Assembly: GCA_964391535.1 (NCBI GenBank)
Contig: CAYMMJ010000001.1
Location: 1-40,881 of the forward strand
Direction of reading: 5' to 3'
DNA: 40,881 bases
Source of the DNA: an uncultured Candidatus Saccharibacteria bacterium
GTDB lineage: Bacteria > Patescibacteriota > Minisyncoccia > Minisyncoccales > JAGGXC01
Below, one piece after another: positions 34,835-40,881 of the stretch; the first letter of the stretch is position 1; every line of letters starts with the position of its first letter. The notes under the pieces were generated by a model. That model ran no database searches. It had not been told where the DNA came from and saw nothing but the letters and a program-made list of their open reading frames with translations. The translations under genes and the position numbers were made by a program.

Positions 34835-35053
34835 ATGAAAATTATACACGAAAAATCAAAATGTATTGGTTGTGGGGTATGTGCTAGTATGTGTGATAAG
34901 TATTTCGAGATGGGAGAAGATGGAAAATCCCATCTAAAAAGCAGTAAAGAGGTAGGAGAAGGAAAGTACGAACTAGAAGTTGATGATGCAGGATGTGCCA
35001 AAGAGGCGGCTGAGTCTTGTCCTGTTCAGTGCATTCATATAGTAAATGAGTAA
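34835..35053 (+). CDS. Small single-cluster [4Fe-4S]/[3Fe-4S]-type ferredoxin
   Basis: 72 aa. CIGCGVCASMC near the N-terminus and a C-terminal CP (ESCPVQCI). Confidence 0.8.
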   Translation: MKIIHEKSKCIGCGVCASMCDKYFEMGEDGKSHLKSSKEVGEGKYELEVDDAGCAKEAAESCPVQCIHIVNE

Positions 35054-35105
35054 AGTAATTTTATTAGAGAAGAGGATATAAATTAAATCTTTATTTTGTA
35101 AAGGT

Positions 35106-35798
35106 ATGTTGACTATTTCTGCAAAGACCAGAGAAAAATTAAAAAGAAAAGCAAAACTACTAAGGAAAGAAAAAAAGATTCCTGCTGTTTTGTATGGCCA
35201 CAAAGTAAAAAGTACTCCCCTTGAGATTGATTATAGAGATTTTGAAAGAATTTATAGAGAAGCAGGAGAAAGCTCTTTGGTTACTTTGAAGATTGAAGGA
35301 GACAAAAAAGCATATCAGGTTCTTGTGCATGATATTCAAAGAGATCCTTTAAGTGGGGAATTCATACATGTTGATTTTTATCAACCTTCTCTAACCGAAA
35401 AAACAGAAGCAAATATTCCTCTGAAGTTTGTTGGAGAATCTGAAGCTGTTAAAAACTTAGGCGGAACATTAGTTAAAAATATCTTAGAAGTAGAAGTAAA
35501 AGCATTTCCTCAAGATCTTCCGCACGAAATAGAAGTTGATATAAGCAAGCTTAAAACTTTTGATGACCATATAAAAATTTCCGACTTAAATCTTCCAGAG
35601 AGAGTAGAAATAATTAGGGATCCTGGAGAAATCATAGTTTCTGTCACACCTCCTCAAAAAGAAGAAGTTGAAAAACCAAAAGAAGAGGAATCTAAAGAAG
35701 AAAAAACAGAGAAGAAAGGAGAGAAGACAAAAGAAGAGGAGAAGGAAGACAAGCAAGAAAGAAAGAAACAAGAAGGAGAGCAAAAAGGGGAGAAATAA
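35106..35798 (+). CDS. rplY: 50S ribosomal protein L25 / Ctc form (bL25) with a Glu/Lys-rich tail
   Basis: KKIPAVLYGHK........DY..F......AGESSL..L.I.G......VLVHD.Q.DP.....IHVDF. Two-domain Ctc length plus a low-complexity tail. Confidence 0.9.
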   Translation: MLTISAKTREKLKRKAKLLRKEKKIPAVLYGHKVKSTPLEIDYRDFERIYREAGESSLVTLKIEGDKKAYQVLVHDIQRDPLSGEFIHVDFYQPSLTEKTEANIPLKFVGESEAVKNLGGTLVKNILEVEVKAFPQDLPHEIEVDISKLKTFDDHIKISDLNLPERVEIIRDPGEIIVSVTPPQKEEVEKPKEEESKEEKTEKKGEKTKEEEKEDKQERKKQEGEQKGEK

Positions 35799-35805
35799 AG
35801 TTTCT

Positions 35806-37206
35806 ATGAAAGAGACATTTGTTAGAGTCAAAAAAGCACTTTTGATTATTTTACTGGTAGTTCTTGTTTTACCAGGGATCAAGATATTGGCTCAGGTAAA
35901 TGAAGATATGGAAAAGATTTGCGAGATGGATAGAATTGAGTCGGAGTGTGACAAAATTTCTCCTACTGATTGTCGTAAACTCCTTGAAAAATGCGATAAA
36001 TATTTTCAAGAAAAGAGTGCGGAAATTGAAAGAGATATTTCTCGCACCGAGGCAGAGAAAAAAACACTCCAAAATCAGATATATGTTTTGAGGAATAAAA
36101 TAAAAAGCCTTGATTACCAGATATATCAGAATAACTTGATGATAAAAGATCTAAATTTTCAGATTGAAGATACTCAGTCATCAATTGAAAAAACAAGCAA
36201 CAAGATAGAAGAATCAAAGAGAAAATTAACCAACATTCTTAGAGAAATTTACGAACAAGATCAGCGCTCTACTATTGAAATCCTTCTGGGAGAAAATGAA
36301 TTGTCTGATTTTTTTGACAATTTAGTTGCCCTGGAGGCTCTTAATGCTAAAAACCGTGAACTTCTGCAAGATATAAAGGCTTTAAAGTCCGAATTAGAAA
36401 ATCAGAAAGAAGCATTAGACGAAGAAAAGGGAGAGTTGGAAAGCGCAGTGAAAATTCAGATGTTACAGAAACAAGAAAGCGCTAAAACTAAGAAACAACA
36501 GGAGTATTATCTTAAATTAACTGAGACAGAGTACCAGAAGCAAATTAAAGAAAAACAAGAGATTGAGAAAAAAGCAGCAGAGATTAGGTCACGGATATTT
36601 GAATTAATTGGCGTTCCTAAAGCTCCCACTTTTGGTGAAGCATTAGAAATTGCCAAGTATGTAGAAACACTTACTGGTATTAGACCAGCGTTTTTATTAG
36701 CTATCCTAACTCAGGAGTCGAACATTGGAAAAAACGTGGGGCAGTGCTATTTAACCGATCCAAAAACCGGTGCAGGTATATATGTTAAAAGCGGAACAAA
36801 AACCTCGCGGGTTATGAATCCTAAACGCGATGTAGGACCGTTTTTAAGTATTTGTAAGGCTCTTGGTAGAGATCCTTATCATACATTAGTTTCCTGTCCA
36901 ATGAGTTATGGTTGGGGAGGAGCAATGGGGCCTGGTCAATTTATTCCTTCCACTTGGGTTTTATATAAGGATAAAGTCAAGTCTGTTATTGGTAAAGATC
37001 CAGATCCTTGGGAGATAAAAGATGCTTTTCTTGCAACAGGTATTTATCTAAAAGAACTTGGAGGAACCCAAAATGAATGGAGAGCAGCAATGAGGTATTT
37101 CTCCGGAGCTACCTGGAAAAAGTATGAAGAGTTTTATGGAAATTCAGTAATATCCTTAGCTAAGAAATATCAGTCAGATATTGAAGTTCTTGAAAGTCAA
37201 AAGTAG
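35806..37206 (+). CDS. Secreted or membrane-anchored coiled-coil protein with a C-terminal MltB-like lytic transglycosylase domain
   Basis: N-terminal helix ALLIILLVVLVLPG and a long heptad-rich region. The C-terminal domain has LAILTQESNIG (catalytic Glu-Ser context) and GAMGPGQFIPSTW. ATG 35806 is preferred. The track start at 35668 runs through the L25 tail in another frame. Confidence 0.7.
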   Translation: MKETFVRVKKALLIILLVVLVLPGIKILAQVNEDMEKICEMDRIESECDKISPTDCRKLLEKCDKYFQEKSAEIERDISRTEAEKKTLQNQIYVLRNKIKSLDYQIYQNNLMIKDLNFQIEDTQSSIEKTSNKIEESKRKLTNILREIYEQDQRSTIEILLGENELSDFFDNLVALEALNAKNRELLQDIKALKSELENQKEALDEEKGELESAVKIQMLQKQESAKTKKQQEYYLKLTETEYQKQIKEKQEIEKKAAEIRSRIFELIGVPKAPTFGEALEIAKYVETLTGIRPAFLLAILTQESNIGKNVGQCYLTDPKTGAGIYVKSGTKTSRVMNPKRDVGPFLSICKALGRDPYHTLVSCPMSYGWGGAMGPGQFIPSTWVLYKDKVKSVIGKDPDPWEIKDAFLATGIYLKELGGTQNEWRAAMRYFSGATWKKYEEFYGNSVISLAKKYQSDIEVLESQK

Positions 37207-37231
37207 TAAGTGTATATCAATTAAAAGAAAT

Positions 37232-37260
37232 AAAAAACTCACCTTTGCGGTGATTTTTTT
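37232..37260. terminator. Bidirectional intrinsic terminator between convergent genes
   Basis: A6 (37232-37237), TCACC (37239-37243) / GGTGA (37249-37253), 5-nt loop, T7 (37254-37260). Confidence 0.55.
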
Positions 37261-37275
37261 AATATTTTCTTAATA

Positions 37276-38028
37276 TTATTTTAGAAGTTTGTTTATCTTT
37301 TTTATAATAGGATCTAATTTTCCGTCTAATATTTTATCGATATCGTGCCATGATTTTTTTATTCTATGATCTGTTATTCTATCCTGAGGGAAATTGTACG
37401 TTCTTATTTTTTCTGCTCGGTCAGCCGATCCTATCTGGGTTTTTCTTTCTCCTGCCAGTTCTTCTTGGGTTTTTTTTCTTTCTATTTCTAAAAGCCGGGC
37501 CGCCAAGATGCTTAAGGCATTTTCTTTATTTTCTAGTTGGTTTCTTTCAGTTTGTGAGGTTACTACTATACCTGTAGGAATATGAGTAATTCTTACTGCC
37601 GTTTCTCTCCGGTTTACATACTGTCCCCCGGGACCAGATGCTCTATAGTAATCTATTTTTAAATCTTCTGGTTTTATTTTTATTTCTGTCTTTGTTGGTT
37701 TTGGCAAAATAGCTACACTAGCAGTGGAAGTATGAATTCTTCCTCCTTTCTCTGTTTTTGGGATTCTTTGTACTCTGTGGACGCCTGCTTCGTGCCGTAA
37801 TTTATCCCAGGTGTTCTCTCCCTTTAGTTCAAAGATTACCTGTTTTATGCCACCCAGCGAAGTAGGATGAGAATCTAATAATTTTTGTGTCCATCCCTGA
37901 GATTTAGCGTAGTTAGTATACATCCGAAATAAGTCATTAGCAAAAAGAGCCGCTTCTTCTCCTCCAGCTCCTGCTCGTATTTCAACAATTACTGCCTTAC
38001 TTTCATTTTTAAAAGCAGAATCACTCAT
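37276..38028 (-). CDS. prfA: Peptide chain release factor 1 lacking N-terminal domain 1 (250 aa)
   Basis: RVQRIPKTEKGGRIHTS carries the PxT tripeptide typical of RF1, not the SPF of RF2. SGPGGQYVN carries GGQ. The protein begins at the equivalent of about E. coli RF1 residue 100 (EIRAGAGGEEAALFANDLFRMY). Confidence 0.85.
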   Translation of the reverse strand: MSDSAFKNESKAVIVEIRAGAGGEEAALFANDLFRMYTNYAKSQGWTQKLLDSHPTSLGGIKQVIFELKGENTWDKLRHEAGVHRVQRIPKTEKGGRIHTSTASVAILPKPTKTEIKIKPEDLKIDYYRASGPGGQYVNRRETAVRITHIPTGIVVTSQTERNQLENKENALSILAARLLEIERKKTQEELAGERKTQIGSADRAEKIRTYNFPQDRITDHRIKKSWHDIDKILDGKLDPIIKKINKLLK

Positions 38029-38030
38029 TA

Positions 38031-38273
38031 TTACTTTTTATGTTTTGATTTTTCTTTATTTATCCTTTCTTTTTTTGCTAATCTTTTTCTGAATTTTTCT
38101 ACCCTTCCCATTTTATCTATAATTTTCCCTTTTCCTGTATAAAACGGATGACAGTTAGAACAAATCTCAATTTCAATAAATTCTTTAGTTGATCCAACTT
38201 CAAAAATATTTCCACATGCGCACTGGACTTTTGCTTTTGGATAGTATTTGGGGTGTATGTCTTTTTTTGGCAT
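38031..38273 (-). CDS. rpmE: 50S ribosomal protein L31 (bL31), zinc-binding type A
   Basis: KKDIHPKYY...CACG...[11 protein letters not shown]. Its stop codon is 2 nt from the prfA ATG. Confidence 0.94.
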   Translation of the reverse strand: MPKKDIHPKYYPKAKVQCACGNIFEVGSTKEFIEIEICSNCHPFYTGKGKIIDKMGRVEKFRKRLAKKERINKEKSKHKK

Positions 38274-38286
38274 AATTTATATATTT

Positions 38287-38315
38287 ATATTAACTAAGAT
38301 AATAATAAAAATCAA
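38287..38315 (-). promoter_or_regulatory. Proximal rpmE promoter TTGATT-17-TAATAT
   Basis: Reverse complement of 38310-38315 is TTGATT, and of 38287-38292 is TAATAT. The rpmE ATG (38273) is 13 nt after the -10, so the leader is only a few nt. Confidence 0.45.
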
Positions 38316-38334
38316 GCAGGGCGCCAAGATATTA

Positions 38335-38485
38335 AATAAAGATGGTGTGTTAATGACACACCATATAATGAACAGAAAAGTGGAAGAGGAAAGGTACCCT
38401 TTACTTCCTGCTAGGAGGGGATGGGATGCCTCGTTTAGAGAATAAGATAATAGAGTACCTTTCCTCATTGTGCCATTAGGCACAT
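38335..38485 (-). ncRNA. Candidate structured RNA: small RNA or rpmE-prfA leader/attenuator. Strand assignment is tentative.
   Basis: Perfect 12-bp long-range helix (38386-38397 with 38455-38466). Perfect 9-bp hairpin (38342-38350 / 38356-38364) followed on the minus strand by CTTTATTTAAT. 6-bp hairpin (38469-38474 / 38479-38484). Consensus promoter immediately upstream on the minus strand. Confidence 0.4.
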
Positions 38486-38489
38486 TTTA

Positions 38490-38517
38490 ATATTATTCAA
38501 ATTATGATTTTTGTCAA
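38490..38517 (-). promoter_or_regulatory. Promoter TTGACA-16-TAATAT reading toward rpmE
   Basis: Reverse complement of 38512-38517 is TTGACA, and of 38490-38495 is TAATAT. It lies 7 bp from the -35 of the divergent rpsB promoter. Confidence 0.5.
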
Positions 38518-38524
38518 GAGTGTC

Positions 38525-38553
38525 TTGATTATTTTAAGAAACCTTGATATATT
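38525..38553 (+). promoter_or_regulatory. rpsB promoter TTGATT-17-TATATT
   Basis: -35 at 38525-38530 and -10 at 38548-38553, about 30 nt upstream of the rpsB ATG. Confidence 0.5.
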
Positions 38554-38582
38554 AGATATTGTTTGTTATTATTATATTTGTT

Positions 38583-39323
38583 ATGAGCCCAATTAGCAAA
38601 CAAAAAGAATCTATTGATCTTGGTTCTCATAGTAAAGGAAAAGATTTTAAACTTAGTAACCAGGAAATGATGGAGGCGGGTCTTCATTTTGGTCATCGTA
38701 TATCTCGTTCTCATCCTAAAATGAAACCGTATATCTTTGGAGTGAGAGGCACAGTTCATATTATCGACTTGGAAAAAACAGCTGAAAAATTAGAGGAGGC
38801 CCTTAATTTTATTAAAGACCTGGTTTCTCAAGGAAAAACCTTAATGATAGTAGGAACCAAGATACAGGCAAAAGATATTGTAAAGAAAGTGGCCCAAGAT
38901 TGTAAGTTACCTTATGTAAATCAACGTTGGGTTGGTGGTACATTCACTAACTTTGATGTTATTAAAAAAAGAGTTGACTATTTTAAAGATCTTGAGAGAA
39001 AAAGAAAAGAAAATGAGTTTGAGAAGTATACAAAAAAAGAAAAAGCAAAGATTGATAAAGAAATTAGCGAGCTTGAGGAAAAATTCGGAGGAATCAAAGA
39101 CCTTGAGAAACTCCCGGATGCTATTTTTGTAATAGATATGAACAAAGAAAAAGTAGCCATAAGAGAAGCAAAAAAGAAAGGAATTAAGATAATAGCTATT
39201 GCTGATACTAATGTTGATCCTGCGTTAGCTGATTATCCTATTCCTGCCAATGATGATGCTATATCTTCAATAAAATATATTTTAGATAAACTATCTCAAG
39301 TAATTAAAAAATATAAAAAGTAA
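38583..39323 (+). CDS. rpsB: 30S ribosomal protein S2 (uS2)
   Basis: MMEAGLHFGHRISRSHPKMKPYIFG, IIDLEKT, GGTFTN and VIDMNKEKVAIREAKKKGIKIIAIADTN motifs. ATG 38583 is preferred over the TTG at 38559. Confidence 0.94.
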   Translation: MSPISKQKESIDLGSHSKGKDFKLSNQEMMEAGLHFGHRISRSHPKMKPYIFGVRGTVHIIDLEKTAEKLEEALNFIKDLVSQGKTLMIVGTKIQAKDIVKKVAQDCKLPYVNQRWVGGTFTNFDVIKKRVDYFKDLERKRKENEFEKYTKKEKAKIDKEISELEEKFGGIKDLEKLPDAIFVIDMNKEKVAIREAKKKGIKIIAIADTNVDPALADYPIPANDDAISSIKYILDKLSQVIKKYKK

Positions 39324-39324
39324 T

Positions 39325-39909
39325 ATGGTTTCTATTGATCAAGTCAAACAATTAAGAAAAGAAACTAATGTTTCTGTAATAGATTGCAAAAAAGCTCTTG
39401 AGGAAGCAGGAGGAGATATTGAAAAAGCAAGGGAAATTTTAAGAAAGTGGGGTAAAGACTTCGCCTTAACGAAAACAGGAAGAGAAGTAAGTCAGGGTAT
39501 AGTTGAAACATATGTTCATCCAAACAAAAAAATTGGTGTGATGGTTCAAATCCACTGCGAAACGGATTTCGTTGCTCGTTCTGATGAATTCAAGAAACTA
39601 GCTCACGAGCTTTGTTTGCAGATAGCGGCGATGCGACCCCTTTATTTAAAGTCAGAGGATATTCCTGAAGAGTCTTTGGAAGGAGAAAAAGAGATATATA
39701 AGGAACAGTTTAAGAATTCTGGAAAGCCTCAAAAAATAATAGACGAAATCATTGAAGGCAAGCTTAAGAAATACAAGGAGGAAATATCACTTCTATCTCA
39801 ACCTTGGATTAAAGACGATAATAAGACTATCAAAGATCTTATAGATGAATATATTAATCTGCTTGGCGAAAATATATTGGTAAAGAAGTTCGTCCGTTAC
39901 GAAATTTAA
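39325..39909 (+). CDS. tsf: Elongation factor Ts (short form, 194 aa)
   Basis: VKQLRKETNVSVIDCKKALEEAGGDIEKAREILRKWG UBA-like N-terminus, HCETDFVARSDEF, and position after rpsB. Confidence 0.94.
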   Translation: MVSIDQVKQLRKETNVSVIDCKKALEEAGGDIEKAREILRKWGKDFALTKTGREVSQGIVETYVHPNKKIGVMVQIHCETDFVARSDEFKKLAHELCLQIAAMRPLYLKSEDIPEESLEGEKEIYKEQFKNSGKPQKIIDEIIEGKLKKYKEEISLLSQPWIKDDNKTIKDLIDEYINLLGENILVKKFVRYEI

Positions 39910-39914
39910 TTATT

Positions 39915-40280
39915 ATGGACGAATTAATCGCGAAAATTATTTTAAGTGGGAGTTTAATAGGAGTAGGAACGATTATCTTCCGCAAGATGCCAGTTCTTGC
40001 GCAGTTACCCGAAGACGAAATTCAGGAAACTGTTTTTGTTGTAAGTCCTGTAAATCTGATTAAATCTTGTGTTGCGAAAATTAAAGCGTTTCATTTAAAT
40101 CTTTTATTGCAAAAAGTGCTTTCCAAGATTAGAGTTTTAACATTAGTTGTAGAAAGAAAAACTGAGGATAAACTTCGTAGATTAAGAGAAGAATCCAAAA
40201 GAAAAAAAGAAATAATAAATGATAATTATTGGGAGGAACTGAAGAAAGCAAAAAAAACAGAAGAAGACGAAATTTTGTAA
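39915..40280 (+). CDS. Hypothetical small protein with an N-terminal hydrophobic helix and a charged C-terminus
   Basis: KIILSGSLIGVGTIIF helix followed by a Lys/Glu-rich tail. Tight spacing after tsf. No family recognised. Confidence 0.5.
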   Translation: MDELIAKIILSGSLIGVGTIIFRKMPVLAQLPEDEIQETVFVVSPVNLIKSCVAKIKAFHLNLLLQKVLSKIRVLTLVVERKTEDKLRRLREESKRKKEIINDNYWEELKKAKKTEEDEIL

Positions 40281-40293
40281 GCAAATAATGAGT

Positions 40294-40365
40294 GCCACCT
40301 TAGCTCAATGGTAGAGCAACGGTTTTGTAAACCGTAGGTTCGCGGTTCGAGCCCGCGAGGTGGCT
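40294..40365 (+). tRNA. tRNA-Thr (anticodon UGU)
   Basis: Acceptor GCCACCT/AGGTGGC. D-arm AGCTCAATGGTAGAGC. Anticodon stem ACGGT/ACCGT with loop TTTGTAA. T-arm CGCGG-TTCGAGC-CCGCG. Discriminator T. CCA is not encoded. Confidence 0.9.
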
Positions 40366-40372
40366 ATAGGAC

Positions 40373-40400
40373 TTGACAAGTAATTTTGGAAAGATAAAAT
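40373..40400 (+). promoter_or_regulatory. rRNA operon promoter TTGACA-16-TAAAAT
   Basis: -35 at 40373-40378 and -10 at 40395-40400, about 190 nt upstream of the 16S 5' end. Confidence 0.55.
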
Positions 40401-40431
40401 AAAATAGTAATAAAAGAAAATATATGTAAAA

Positions 40432-40493
40432 GCAGGATTCGAAAAACTGAAGACATCTTAGATAAAACAGGAAGATGTTTCCTGCTTTTGTTT
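40432..40493 (+). promoter_or_regulatory. rRNA-leader hairpin (boxB-like) followed by a T-rich run
   Basis: GCAGGA (40432-40437) / TCCTGC (40480-40485) plus inner ACATCTT (40453-40459) / AAGATGT (40472-40478), then TTTTGTTT. Confidence 0.4.
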
Positions 40494-40501
40494 AGAAAAA
40501 A

Positions 40502-40514
40502 TGTTCGTTGAAAA
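40502..40514 (+). promoter_or_regulatory. boxA-like antitermination element
   Basis: TGTTCGTTGAAAA differs at one position from the Gram-positive-type boxA TGTTCTTTGAAAA as I recall it. It lies between the promoter and the 16S gene. Confidence 0.45.
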
Positions 40515-40586
40515 TGGAATAAGGATAGGAAAAGAGAGAACAGTAAATCTTATTTTGTGGGTATTTTTGAGTTGTTCCAAACTTTT

Positions 40587-40881
<295 letters not shown>

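Noticed and set aside
35668-35805. Arg/Lys-rich 46-aa N-terminal extension on the coiled-coil transglycosylase
   Set aside because: It is the +1-frame reading of the repetitive GAA/AAG-rich L25 tail. ATG 35806 sits directly before a signal/anchor helix, as expected for a secreted enzyme.
37276-38028. Release factor as RF2 with a programmed +1 frameshift, or as a pseudogene fragment
   Set aside because: The tripeptide is PKT (RF1 type), not SPF. There is no upstream coding space for a frameshifted N-terminal part because rpmE ends 2 nt away. The ORF is intact with all catalytic motifs, so a functional truncated RF1 fits better than a pseudogene.
38342-38364. The 9-bp inverted repeat as a Zur/Fur-type operator controlling rpmE
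   Set aside because: The sequence ATGGTGTGT-TAATG-ACACACCAT does not resemble Fur-family 7-1-7 boxes as I know them. The L31 encoded here is the zinc-binding form, which is not normally Zur-repressed. A protein operator cannot be fully excluded.
38248-38483. 65-aa (+) and 68-aa (-) ORFs filling the rpmE-rpsB spacer
   Set aside because: They mirror each other across an inverted-repeat-rich region and run through predicted promoters and perfect hairpins. They have no convincing start context. The minus ORF starts with GTG at the predicted TSS, and its hydrophobic C-terminus comes from T-rich promoter DNA. I kept this only as an alternative hypothesis under the structured-RNA finding.

Overview
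Visibly AT-rich bacterial window. It is dominated by an almost complete str/S10/spc/alpha ribosomal-protein superoperon: tuf, rpsJ through rplO, secY, adk, map, then infA, rpmJ, rpsM, rpsK, rpsD, rpoA, rplQ, rplM, rpsI. After that come housekeeping genes (murA, mreB, holB, frr, an M50 site-2 protease, ppsA, archaeal-type FBP aldolase/phosphatase, ferredoxin, rplY), a convergent rpmE-prfA pair, rpsB-tsf, tRNA-Thr(UGU) and the 5' end of a 16S rRNA gene. Several traits fit a reduced-genome Candidate Phyla Radiation / Patescibacteria-type organism using the standard genetic code: no rpmD (L30) between rpsE and rplO, Lys/Glu-rich extensions on many r-proteins, trimmed housekeeping proteins (AlaRS, RF1, L13), and TGA used as a stop codon. 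I saw no transposases, integrases, CRISPR arrays or obvious defence islands. The loci most worth a second look are these. (1) A complete antisense expression cassette lies in the rplC-rplD spacer: consensus promoter, the only strong Shine-Dalgarno upstream of a called start in the window, a 64-aa two-helix membrane peptide, and a terminator. (2) A densely structured ~150-nt element with its own consensus promoter lies between divergent rpmE and rpsB. (3) The RF1 lacks domain 1 and is translationally coupled to rpmE. (4) Shine-Dalgarno sequences are missing across the window, and several predicted promoters sit where they would yield leaderless or near-leaderless mRNAs. (5) A possible terminator/antiterminator switch lies between rpsJ and rplC. 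(6) A 6.4-kb non-ribosomal insertion between map and infA carries a minimal AlaRS. All promoter, terminator and RNA calls are by-eye sequence predictions and have not been computed.
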